Source: a virus
Taxonomy: Duplodnaviria > Caudoviricetes
Virus record (IMG/VR): IMGVR_UViG_3300028805_000057
Location: 32,001 to 96,000 of that record
Reading direction: 5' to 3' (one strand)
DNA length: 64,000 nucleotides
The notes below the pieces were generated by a model. It was not told the DNA's origin. It did not search any database and saw only the letters and a list, made by a program, of their open reading frames with translations. Below, piece after piece: positions 27,601 through 35,367 of the stretch. The position numbers and the translations under genes are program-made. Position 1 is the first letter of the stretch. The number at the start of each line of letters is the position of its first letter.

Positions 27601-28897
27601 TTTACTTCCTTACTTCCCTGGATATACATTTGATAAGTATGCAAAGACAAGTATATATAAGGGTGAAGAGATTGGTGAAGGTGGATTAGTTCGAGCAATT
27701 CCTGGTGTATATGGTTATTCCAAAACATTTGATGTAACATCGATGCATCCTCATAGTTTAGCTGCAGAGTATTATTTTGGTAAATATACAGAAGGATATT
27801 ATAATTTAGTTAGAGCAAGAATAGCAATTAAGCATGATAATATGGAGTTCTTAGGAAAGTTATTTGAAGGTAAGTTGTTAAAGTATTGTACCGATGATGA
27901 TCAGAAAAAGAAATTAAGTACTGCTTTAAAGACACCTATTAATGCAGTTTATGGTTTGACAGCTGCAGCATTTGAGAATAACTTAAGACATCCTGATAAT
28001 ATAGATAATATTGTTGCTAAGCGTGGTGCATTGTTTATGATGGATTTGAGAGATGCAGTATTAGCACAGGGTTATCAGATATTCCATATTAAGACAGATT
28101 CATTGAAAGTTATAAATCCTGATGAATACATTGAGAAGTTTATATTAGATTTTGGAAAGAGATATGGATATAGTTTTGAAGTAGAACACGAATTTGAAAA
28201 GATCTGTTTAGTTAATGATGCAGTTTATATAGCTAAGGTAACTGAAAATGATGCAGATTGGAAGAAGGAAGCTAAGAAAGCAGCTGAGAAGGGTGAACCT
28301 GAACCTACAAGATGGACAGCAACAGGTGCTCAGTTCCAGATTCCTTATGTATTTAAGACATTATTTAGTGGAGAAGGAATTACATTTGATGATGTATGTT
28401 TCATTAAGAATGTATCTAAGGGTTCAATTTATTTAGATTATAATGAGAACTTAGAAGATGTATCTCAATGGGAATTATTAAAAGAAATGAGATCACAAGT
28501 TAAGAATAATAAAGTTGCATTGTCTTGGGAAGAAGCTAAAGATAAAGGTTGGACTAAGAGAGAATGTGAGTTCTATAATCTTAACTTTGATATGAGCGAT
28601 GAAGAACTTGAATCTAAGATTAATGCAGGACATAGTAGACAGTTCATTGGTAAAGTTGGTAACTTCTGTCCTATATTAGCTGGTTATGGTGGAGCAGAGA
28701 TGTTATGTCTCAACGAACAGGGCAAGTATAATGCAGTGACTGGAACTAAAGATGTTCGTTGGTTAGAAGCATCTTATGTAAAGGAACATCATATGGAAGA
28801 TAAGATTGATTATGGTTATCTTGATAAGATGTGTCAGAGTGCAATAGAAGATATTAGTAAATATGATCCAAACTTCTTTGATAAGATTGAAAAATGA
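24617..28897 (+). CDS. Fused SF3 (D5-like) helicase / AEP primase / family-B DNA polymerase
   Basis: Walker A GDPGSGKGT, Walker B VAIDED, motif C SSN; primase IVIDFD and SKSGAGIHLHY; exonuclease FFDVE, VGFNCRKYD, YNGYD; polymerase DVTSMHP, KTPINAVYG, HIKTDS. Confidence 0.9.
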   Translation: MDFLSVRAKSNTKNRHTITLEPHINLDDSEDIIIKGGGVYAIYDENKKIWVTDMDKIMKVLNNDWVKKYNAKVKEIEEANKRLPAADRKFITNDIEFDNYTSDSGYLEKFLQFTKKVEKYHENIDLNPHVIFKNMDVKKEDYSTGKLPYSLEEGSTESWDQMVGYLYEPEEKEKIEWMIGSIVSGYSTKIQKFFVFYGDPGSGKGTIMKIIESMFKPYYAPFISKRVVSNSNFPLECLAMNPLVAIDEDGDLSQVQDNTRLNSIVSHETIPVETKFKNPYPVKFKTLLIMSSNEPVQMTGPQSGFTRRLIDINPVGGEPIPTDEYDILLNRITKYERGAIAYKCLETFNRLGKTYFNGYVAEDMFSRTNQFFQFLEENVDIFRKQNYTYLDQVWRMYKIFVEDNGIKHFHRKAEIREQLKKYFEEYYYETRIGDDNHNHYHVYKGFIVKKFDDVIKKATKKKKPRKNVIINKEYAEENNIDVVTVDDDVVHWLKFDKNYGECKSKLDIYLQNEKAQYATKDGIPGKRWDNVETTLKDISTNKLHYVQAPEHLIVIDFDKKDETGNKSYELNLKEANKFPRTYAELSKSGAGIHLHYIYDGDITELSRIFGDDIEVKIFTGNASLRRQLTKFNDEEIATISEGLPLKEKKGGKMLDQEVLQTEQMMRRTIVKCLRNEIHGHHKPNMDFIYKILTDAYNNGIHYDVSDMYNDILNYAMASSNSSEYCLELVAKLPLKSDEPSEAVESEEKDYNNDSIVFFDVEVWPNLFIFGYKFLGGEKHILLNPKPEDVEYLLKHKLVGFNCRKYDNHIVYAFLQGYTNEQLFKLSQKIVKAKKGEKDNGMFGEAYNLSYTDIYDFSKKKQSLKKWEIELGIYHKEMDASWDEPLPEELWDAAKEYNGYDLDATEALWLSKGIQVDFTSRMILADIANGTPNDTDNTLTERLILGPNYQERKAAKNSFHYRNLAEPVYHLDADQEEFLKEIFPEMMAETHGEAHSLLPYFPGYTFDKYAKTSIYKGEEIGEGGLVRAIPGVYGYSKTFDVTSMHPHSLAAEYYFGKYTEGYYNLVRARIAIKHDNMEFLGKLFEGKLLKYCTDDDQKKKLSTALKTPINAVYGLTAAAFENNLRHPDNIDNIVAKRGALFMMDLRDAVLAQGYQIFHIKTDSLKVINPDEYIEKFILDFGKRYGYSFEVEHEFEKICLVNDAVYIAKVTENDADWKKEAKKAAEKGEPEPTRWTATGAQFQIPYVFKTLFSGEGITFDDVCFIKNVSKGSIYLDYNENLEDVSQWELLKEMRSQVKNNKVALSWEEAKDKGWTKRECEFYNLNFDMSDEELESKINAGHSRQFIGKVGNFCPILAGYGGAEMLCLNEQGKYNAVTGTKDVRWLEASYVKEHHMEDKIDYGYLDKMCQSAIEDISKYDPNFFDKIEK

Positions 28898-28960
28898 TAT
28901 TTATAAAGTGAGGTGATGCTAAGTGCAGTATTATTCATGTGATAAACAAGTCACCTTCAA

Positions 28961-29091
28961 TGTAGAAATACCTCTGTAACGCACAGATTTGCCCGTAAAG
29001 GCCTGTTTGGGTATTTTATGGTATATTTTATATGGTAAAACATGAAATAGGCCTAAATGGGCAAAATATGAGCTTACAGAGGTATTTGACA
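28961..29091. repeat. Dispersed palindrome copy 3
   Basis: Left 50+ nt identical to copy 2; outer AAATACCTCTGTAA / TTACAGAGGTATTT. Confidence 0.9.
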
Positions 29092-29231
29092 AAAAAAATG
29101 ATATTTATGGGAACGATAACAAAATCGATATTGGGTGTTATCATATTATAGTTGTATTAGGGTGGGTTTAACTATAATGATATTTGAATACTCGAACAAG
29201 AAAACACGAACAAGAAAAGGAGAAAACAAAA

Positions 29232-29744
29232 ATGGCACAGAAGATTAACATCGCAGGCGCAAGAATTACATTTAAGAACTTTGCAGGAAGACCTACTGAT
29301 TGGAATAAGAAAGGTGGAGCAAGAGACTTTGCAGTTGTATTGGATACTTATGAGGATGTACAGGCTTTGATTGATATGGGATTCTCAGTAAAGTATTTCA
29401 AGAAGAAGGAAGAAACAGATCCTGATGTTCCGTTCTTAAAGGTTAAGGTTAACTTCAGATATAATGATGACGGTAGTGAATTACTTAGTCCTCATATCTA
29501 TATGATTAACAACAATAAGAAAGTTCTCATCACTCCTCAGACAGCTCAGATTCTTGATCAGGCAGATATTGCATATTGTGATATTGTTATCAGACCTTAT
29601 TATTATGAGGTTCAGGGTAAGGCAGGAGTCGCAGCTTATCTTGACAAGATGTATGTAAATATTGAGCAGGATGAATTTGAGAAGAAGTATGAGATGTATA
29701 ATGATCCTGAGGAAGAAGAAGCTGAAGAGATACCTTTTGAATAA
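29232..29744 (+). CDS. ssb: Single-stranded DNA-binding protein
   Basis: ARITFKNFAG...N..G.R.F; acidic tail ending EEIPFE; next to the replicase. Confidence 0.75.
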   Translation: MAQKINIAGARITFKNFAGRPTDWNKKGGARDFAVVLDTYEDVQALIDMGFSVKYFKKKEETDPDVPFLKVKVNFRYNDDGSELLSPHIYMINNNKKVLITPQTAQILDQADIAYCDIVIRPYYYEVQGKAGVAAYLDKMYVNIEQDEFEKKYEMYNDPEEEEAEEIPFE

Positions 29745-29933
29745 TCATTGGATAACTTGTTTAACCGATGCGTGATATAATTGCAGTTTGGCGAAGACAA
29801 AGTGTTTTGAATGATTAAAGATATTCTGTAATATTAGGTGACATGTACAAGCGAAAAGTGTAGTAGCTTAGAGGGTTTCAATTCCTAGTAAGTGATTAGA
29901 CTTACACAGAATAGCTTTAGAAAAATAATATTT

Positions 29934-30101
29934 GTTGGGATGGCGGAATAGACGCAGGAACAGCGGTAAAATAGTAGACGCGCACGGTGTGAAAATACTT
30001 TCACACACTACGTGTGAATGTCCTGAGATGGCTAGAGTTCCTATAAGCCATAAAACTGAAGCAGGATCTTTCATGTAAGGTGCAAATCCTTACTCCCAAT
30101 A
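29934..30101 (+). ncRNA. tRNA-like RNA with ~110-nt insertion replacing the anticodon arm
   Basis: Acceptor GTTGGGA/TCCCAAT, D-like TGGCGGAATAGACGC, T arm GTAAGG-TGCAAAT-CCTTAC. Confidence 0.6.
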
Positions 30102-30121
30102 ATATTTGTGGAGATTAACTT

Positions 30122-30373
30122 ATGGATAAAACAATTTATATAGTAATATTTTCAAGTACATATGAAGGAACATATCAGGAACAAAATGTTGCAGCATTTG
30201 ATACTGAAGATAAAGCTAATGCGTTTCGTGAAAAATATGAAAAGATAATATCTGAAACTAATGAGTTTAAATTATTAAAAGAAGATATTCCTTATTTAAA
30301 TGAAGATTATTCTGAAAAACTTATTGGTAGAACTAATTGTCATTATCTTTGTCAGGCAATGCATTTACTTTAA
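30122..30373 (+). CDS. Hypothetical protein
   Basis: SD GGAG. Confidence 0.6.
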   Translation: MDKTIYIVIFSSTYEGTYQEQNVAAFDTEDKANAFREKYEKIISETNEFKLLKEDIPYLNEDYSEKLIGRTNCHYLCQAMHLL

Positions 30374-30387
30374 GATATTTTAGATAT

Positions 30388-30514
30388 TCTAGAATACCTC
30401 TCAGACGCACCAGAATGCCCGTAAAGGCCTGTTTGGGGGTTTTATGATATATTTATAGGGTAAAACATGAAACCGGTCTAAATGAGGCTTCTGGTGCGTT
30501 ATAAGGGTATATGA
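30388..30514. repeat. Dispersed palindrome copy 4
   Basis: GAATACCTCTCAGACGCACCAGAATGCCCGTAAAGGCCTGTTTGG... Confidence 0.9.
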
Positions 30515-30529
30515 GGTTTAAAGATATTT

Positions 30530-30709
30530 ATGAAAATACAGAGAAAACTATTAACTATTGAACAAAAGCATGAAATCTGTACAAAATATTATGATAATTG
30601 TGAAGAATGTCCTTTATACTCAAAAGTGTTAAATCATTTCTGCATTTATAATTTAGATCAAGTACAATATGCTATTGACGATTATTTAAATGAAGAAATT
30701 GAGGTATAA
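30530..30709 (+). CDS. Small Cys-rich protein (59 aa)
   Basis: CTKYYDNCEECPL. Confidence 0.55.
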   Translation: MKIQRKLLTIEQKHEICTKYYDNCEECPLYSKVLNHFCIYNLDQVQYAIDDYLNEEIEV

Positions 30710-30711
30710 CT

Positions 30712-30882
30712 ATGTTAGCATATAATGTTCATGTAGATAATGATAATGAAGTTTATTGTATTGTTGCACCTACAGAAAAAGAAGCTATTGAATATGCTAT
30801 AGAACTTTATAAAAAAGATTATGGAACTGAAGTAACTGAAGAAGATTGTAAGGTTATTTGGAACTATGATGAAGATTATTAA
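30712..30882 (+). CDS. Hypothetical protein (56 aa)
   Basis: SD GAGGT. Confidence 0.55.
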   Translation: MLAYNVHVDNDNEVYCIVAPTEKEAIEYAIELYKKDYGTEVTEEDCKVIWNYDEDY

Positions 30883-30936
30883 TCAGGAAATGCCCTTGTA
30901 ACGATAACACTTCACAAGTGAACTGTAGTTCGTTAC

Positions 30937-31060
30937 TACAATACCTCTGTAACGCTCTATTTTGCCCGTAAAGGCCTGTTTGGTATAATTGTGGTATAAA
31001 TCTACCCTAAAATACTAAATGGGCCTAAATGAGGCTTTAAATGCGTTACAGAGGCATATT
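30937..31060. repeat. Dispersed palindrome copy 5
   Basis: AATACCTCTGTAACGC...TGCCCGTAAAGGCCTGTTTGG...GCGTTACAGAGGCAT. Confidence 0.9.
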
Positions 31061-31077
31061 AAGGAAAGGAGATAAAT

Positions 31078-31230
31078 ATGGATAATGAAGTTAATATAGA
31101 AAGAGTTAACAAAATTTTAAATTTTGCGATATGTTGGGCTGATGATACTGTAGATTTAATACGTAATGGTTATACTGAAGATGAAATAATTGAAGCAGTT
31201 AAAACATTATTTAAAGAAGAAGGTAAATAA
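31078..31230 (+). CDS. Hypothetical protein (50 aa)
   Basis: SD AAAGGAG. Confidence 0.5.
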   Translation: MDNEVNIERVNKILNFAICWADDTVDLIRNGYTEDEIIEAVKTLFKEEGK

Positions 31231-31231
31231 T

Positions 31232-31447
31232 ATGAATATAGAAGATATACAAGAACTTTCAACAAGAGCTAAAAATTCATTAATTAGAAACGGTTATTTA
31301 ACTCTTGAAGATATTAATAAAACTAATTTTTATGATATATTTGCTTTACCTTGTTTTAAGAAAACTGTAAAAAATATGAAAATTATACTTAAAGTTATGC
31401 ATGAAAATGGTTATTCTTATTGGGGAATTGGACATCCAATAAAATAA
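31232..31447 (+). CDS. RNA polymerase alpha-CTD-like protein
   Basis: IEDIQELSTRAKNSLIRNGYLTLEDI resembles the RpoA CTD consensus IEEL.LSVR..NCL.R.GI.T..DL. Confidence 0.65.
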   Translation: MNIEDIQELSTRAKNSLIRNGYLTLEDINKTNFYDIFALPCFKKTVKNMKIILKVMHENGYSYWGIGHPIK

Positions 31448-31468
31448 TATTTAAGGAGACAATATAAT

Positions 31469-32089
31469 ATGAGAAAAATACCTACATTATTGGAAAGAAT
31501 ATATGAAAATAATAGAGTTGTTGCAATAAAAAGTACATTAAGTGATAAAAGATTACAAGTTGTATTAGATGGTAAATGTATTGCTACTGTCAAGATTGAT
31601 GGTTCTTGTTGTGCTGTAATTGATAATAAATGGTATAAGAGATACGATGCTAAAGCTGGTAAGAAAATTCCAGAAGGTGCAATACCTTGTCAAGATACTC
31701 CAGATCCTATTACAGGTCATTGGCCTCATTGGGTTGAACTTAATCCAGATAAAGCAGAAGATAAATGGTATATTATTGCTTTTAATAATTATCGTGAATT
31801 ATATAAAATTGAAAGTGGCGACAAATGGGATCCAATAACATATGAAGCTATTGGTCCGCATTTCCAAGGTAATCCATATAAATTAGAAAAAGATACTTTG
31901 TATAAGCATGGTGTTAGTGTTATTGAAGAATTATCTAATAAGCCATTAACAATAGATATTCTTAGAGAGTATTTATATAATAATGAAATAGAAGGAATAG
32001 TATTTTGGTTCACCGATCCTACAGGTAGCTGTCCAATTTGTAAAATAAAAAGAAGTGACTTTGGTTTCAAGTGGCCTGTTAAGGATTAA
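31469..32089 (+). CDS. RNA ligase-like nucleotidyltransferase (DUF5565/RLIG1-like)
   Basis: ATVKIDGSCC (KxDG), GHWPHW, TYEAIGP, EGIVF, KIKRSDFG. Confidence 0.75.
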   Translation: MRKIPTLLERIYENNRVVAIKSTLSDKRLQVVLDGKCIATVKIDGSCCAVIDNKWYKRYDAKAGKKIPEGAIPCQDTPDPITGHWPHWVELNPDKAEDKWYIIAFNNYRELYKIESGDKWDPITYEAIGPHFQGNPYKLEKDTLYKHGVSVIEELSNKPLTIDILREYLYNNEIEGIVFWFTDPTGSCPICKIKRSDFGFKWPVKD

Positions 32090-32114
32090 AGATATTTGAA
32101 GGAGAAATAAAAAT

Positions 32115-32396
32115 ATGACTTTTGGTGCATTAAAAGAAATAATAGATAAAAATAAAATTCCGGATGATGTTTTATTATTATCTCATAGCGGATGGGAATG
32201 CGATGCAACACATATGGATGGAATATGGTATTGCAAAGATAAAAATGTAATTGTTTTTACACAAGGAGATGATCCTGAATTTGATTTTAAAGAATCACAA
32301 GATGATCTTAATATAGCACTTCGTGATCATTTTAAAGATTATAGACGTATGAAGTTTGTTAAATTAAATGGTATTGATGCTGTAACAATAAAATGA
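32115..32396 (+). CDS. Hypothetical protein
   Basis: SD AAGGAG; SGWECDAT. Confidence 0.65.
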   Translation: MTFGALKEIIDKNKIPDDVLLLSHSGWECDATHMDGIWYCKDKNVIVFTQGDDPEFDFKESQDDLNIALRDHFKDYRRMKFVKLNGIDAVTIK

Positions 32397-32414
32397 TATT
32401 TAAAGGAGAATAAT

Positions 32415-32657
32415 ATGGGTTTAAATGATTTTTATAAATATTTAGAAAGTAAATTAATACAAGATTATATTGTTGAACTTCGTTATAAATATTTTTATGA
32501 AACCGGTTGGCGTTATAGTAATGAGATTCTTGAATGGGATCCTGATTTAAAAGTTTATGAATGGCGTAATGATTGGGATGAAGGTTATGATAAAGTTGAA
32601 GTATTAGGTTACATAGCAATCGCAAATGTAAAAGTTCCGAGATTTGAAGGAGAATAA
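32415..32657 (+). CDS. Hypothetical protein
   Basis: SD AAGGAG; W.NDWDEG. Confidence 0.65.
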   Translation: MGLNDFYKYLESKLIQDYIVELRYKYFYETGWRYSNEILEWDPDLKVYEWRNDWDEGYDKVEVLGYIAIANVKVPRFEGE

Positions 32658-32660
32658 TTT

Positions 32661-33218
32661 ATGGGTAAAAAGAAATTTGATACCGGTACTATAACAATAA
32701 ATGATAAAGATAGATATGCATATAAGATTGTAAAATGTTGTGATAAAAATGGTAATGATTTAAAGTTTGATTATTTTTGTCATGACATTTATGCCATAAT
32801 ACGTTTGATAATACCTGAAGAAGCAATTATTGTAACTCCAAGTAATATAATTATAGAAACTAGGTCAAGGTCAGATTTATTTGTAAAAAGAAGATGTAAT
32901 AAATTATATTTTGATAGAGTTATGAGCTATTTTTATATAACGAATACAATACATGGCGGACCGACAATAGCAAGAATTTATACAAAAGATTTAGATAGGT
33001 TTTTAAAAGATGAACATTCAGACAGATCATTAATTGAATATCATAGCTATTATAGAAATTTTATAGAAAATTATCATATTATAACATATAAACAAAATAC
33101 ATTAATAAAACCTGCTGAAGGTTATTTAGACATGGATGTTTCAAAGGAATGTGCTTGTGGTTTACATTTCTTTTTTACTTTAAAAGAGTTGTATAACTAT
33201 TTAGATTATTTAATTTAA
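32661..33218 (+). CDS. DUF5758-like protein
   Basis: AYK...I.L.IP..A and C-terminal ECACGLHFF. Confidence 0.55.
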   Translation: MGKKKFDTGTITINDKDRYAYKIVKCCDKNGNDLKFDYFCHDIYAIIRLIIPEEAIIVTPSNIIIETRSRSDLFVKRRCNKLYFDRVMSYFYITNTIHGGPTIARIYTKDLDRFLKDEHSDRSLIEYHSYYRNFIENYHIITYKQNTLIKPAEGYLDMDVSKECACGLHFFFTLKELYNYLDYLI

Positions 33219-33236
33219 TAGTCAGGGAGGAATATA

Positions 33237-33443
33237 ATGAAATTAAATAAAATAGATGATATACTTTGTAAATATAATTTTAAATTATCAAATACAAACA
33301 TGAACAAAGATGATACTGATTCTGTTTATAATGAGTTTCGGAATAAAACACTTGATGAAATAGTACATGATTATGCAAATCAAAGAAATTGTATAAAAGA
33401 AATAATGAAAGTTTTATATAATGTTCGAGAAATTGATAGATGA
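33237..33443 (+). CDS. Hypothetical protein
   Basis: SD GGAGG. Confidence 0.55.
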   Translation: MKLNKIDDILCKYNFKLSNTNMNKDDTDSVYNEFRNKTLDEIVHDYANQRNCIKEIMKVLYNVREIDR

Positions 33444-33468
33444 TAATTTTGTAAAGGAGACAAATAAA

Positions 33469-33633
33469 ATGATGAAAATTGAGATTGAACTGAGTGAAAA
33501 AGATTTTGAAAAAATACGTAAAACTTCCATGTCTATTGACGATATGGATAATACCGTAATTGGCAGAGTTTATACATCGATAATAAAGGGATATAAAAAA
33601 GACCATCCTGAGGAATTTGGAGTAACTTCATAA
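33469..33633 (+). CDS. Hypothetical protein
   Basis: SD AAGGAG. Confidence 0.5.
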   Translation: MMKIEIELSEKDFEKIRKTSMSIDDMDNTVIGRVYTSIIKGYKKDHPEEFGVTS

Positions 33634-33656
33634 AAATAATTATATAGGAGAAGAAA

Positions 33657-34193
33657 ATGACAGATACAGAAATAAAACAAATAGAAACTATTTGCGAAGT
33701 AGCTAATATTAAAGATATTGGTGATTTAAGTGATGGTTATCATACATTTAATCAACTTTATCATCAAAGAGCTGTTTTGTTTGCAACTATTGTAAATCAG
33801 AATAAAGATATTTCATGGAAATCATTTAAGCATTCTGATGGTAAATATTGTTTTGACAGTAATGGTGAATGGTTTATTGTTGGCATTGATACACCAGAAG
33901 GTAGTTATACATATCATTATGAAAAGAGTTATTGGGATATGTTTAAATGCCAAGAATTAGAATGTGGTAAAGAATGGGATGGACATACTGAAGAAGATGT
34001 AACGAGATTATTGTCTTTAGAAAAGACAGATGACGAAGAAAAAGTTATAAAAACAGAATTTATTGATATAACACGTTATTGCCGTAAATATAAAAAGTGT
34101 GGTAATTGTGAAGAGGAATTTATGGAACAATATACTTATAGATGGTTCTTTTGTCCAAGATGTGGTGCAAAGTTTATTAATGTAACTCAATAA
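33657..34193 (+). CDS. Conserved phage protein (SDGYHTF..LY / WDGH) with C-terminal Zn ribbon
   Basis: DLSDGYHTFNQLYHQR, YTYHY, WDGHT; CGNC...FCPRCGAK. Confidence 0.7.
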   Translation: MTDTEIKQIETICEVANIKDIGDLSDGYHTFNQLYHQRAVLFATIVNQNKDISWKSFKHSDGKYCFDSNGEWFIVGIDTPEGSYTYHYEKSYWDMFKCQELECGKEWDGHTEEDVTRLLSLEKTDDEEKVIKTEFIDITRYCRKYKKCGNCEEEFMEQYTYRWFFCPRCGAKFINVTQ

Positions 34194-34210
34194 AAATATT
34201 TTAGGAGGAA

Positions 34211-34393
34211 ATGATGAAACAAATTGTTTATACAGTAATACAATATTTTCCTAATACTAATGAAGAACCCATAGTTACAGTTTTTGATAATAAGGATAAT
34301 GCTGAATCTTGTTTTAAATATTATAAAAGTCTTGGTAGAATGGTGTGCATGGATGAATGTCTTGTATGTAAGACGTTTAAAATACTTTTATAA
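34211..34393 (+). CDS. Hypothetical protein
   Basis: SD AGGAGG. Confidence 0.55.
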   Translation: MMKQIVYTVIQYFPNTNEEPIVTVFDNKDNAESCFKYYKSLGRMVCMDECLVCKTFKILL

Positions 34394-34418
34394 GATGAAA
34401 ACATTTTAGGAGAAAAAG

Positions 34419-34538
34419 ATGAATGATTTAGCAATTACAGGAATATTCATTGTTTTAATGACTATACTCACAGTCGGTTATAATCATATTGTAACTAAAA
34501 TTGAAAAGAAGAAGAAACTAAATAAAAACACAGATTAA
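34419..34538 (+). CDS. Small membrane peptide (39 aa)
   Basis: SD AGGAG; TM then basic tail. Confidence 0.5.
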   Translation: MNDLAITGIFIVLMTILTVGYNHIVTKIEKKKKLNKNTD

Positions 34539-34553
34539 TAAATGATATTTTGT

Positions 34554-34626
34554 AGCCCCTTAGCCAAGTGGTGAAGGCGGCGGTCTTTGACACCGTTATT
34601 CACTGGTTCGAATCCAGTAGGGGCTG
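34554..34626 (+). tRNA. tRNA-Gln (UUG)
   Basis: Acceptor AGCCCCT/AGGGGCT, D arm GCC..GGC, anticodon arm GCGGT-CTTTGAC-ACCGT, T arm ACTGG-TTCGAAT-CCAGT; CCA not encoded. Confidence 0.92.
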
Positions 34627-34750
34627 TAATGCGCACGGATGGCCGTGGACACAATGGCAGTTGAAGCACAGAGGAGCTTTTGGTGCGCTATATAAATAAA
34701 TATGGGCCTCAAGCTGAAAGTGGTATGTCCCTCATGAGTAAGCAATTATC

Positions 34751-34868
34751 ATTCAGGTGGCGGAATAGGTAGACGTTTTTAGTGATAAGGTTAAAGATAT
34801 ATAAAACCATTAAGAATAATCTTAGCAAAACTTTATATCATATAAGGTGCAGATCCTTATCCTGAATG
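34751..34868 (+). ncRNA. tRNA-like RNA with non-canonical anticodon region
   Basis: Acceptor ATTCAGG/CCTGAAT, Leu-type D arm TGGCGGAATAGGTAGACG, T arm ATAAGG-TGCAGAT-CCTTAT. Confidence 0.6.
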
Positions 34869-34891
34869 ATATTTTAAAAAGGAGAAATAAT

Positions 34892-35212
34892 ATGGGAAAT
34901 AGTATTTATTATGGAATTTATTCAAAAGAATGTAATAATGATAAAGTATTGCCTTATTTGGATATAGACTATATTTGTGTTGATTTAAATATTAGTAAGG
35001 ATTCGCAAAGAGAGTTCTTTAACATTTTGAGAAAGTATTCTATTGAAAAAGGAGAAACTGTAGAAAGATATTTTGATTTGCATTATTATCATTGTTTTAT
35101 AATTACATACTACGAAGATTATTTTAATTTTTATAATGAAGTTAATGTAGTTTTACCTGATGATATAGAATGTGATTTTGATAATGATATTTTGATATTT
35201 TGGGTAGTGTAA
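34892..35212 (+). CDS. Hypothetical protein
   Basis: SD AAGGAG. Confidence 0.6.
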   Translation: MGNSIYYGIYSKECNNDKVLPYLDIDYICVDLNISKDSQREFFNILRKYSIEKGETVERYFDLHYYHCFIITYYEDYFNFYNEVNVVLPDDIECDFDNDILIFWVV

Positions 35213-35224
35213 AAGACTGCTCTT

Positions 35225-35367
35225 CGCGCACGTATACGCGTATGTACGCGCACACGCCCGCCTAGCGCATCCGCGTGATCACGCCCACGCACGCATTATG
35301 CACGCACGCCCGGACCCGCGCTACACGCACGTGCGCCTGAGTTTAATGTAATGTTTCTTACGCGCGA
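35225..35367. repeat. GC-rich alternating purine-pyrimidine (CACGC/CGCG) tract
   Basis: CGCGCACGTATACGCGTATGTACGCGCACACGCCC...; sharp GC island in an AT-rich genome. Confidence 0.75.

Noticed and set aside
29934-30101. tmRNA or group I intron-containing tRNA
   Set aside because: Too short, no tag reading frame or Ala acceptor identity, no group I core visible; kept as a tRNA-like RNA
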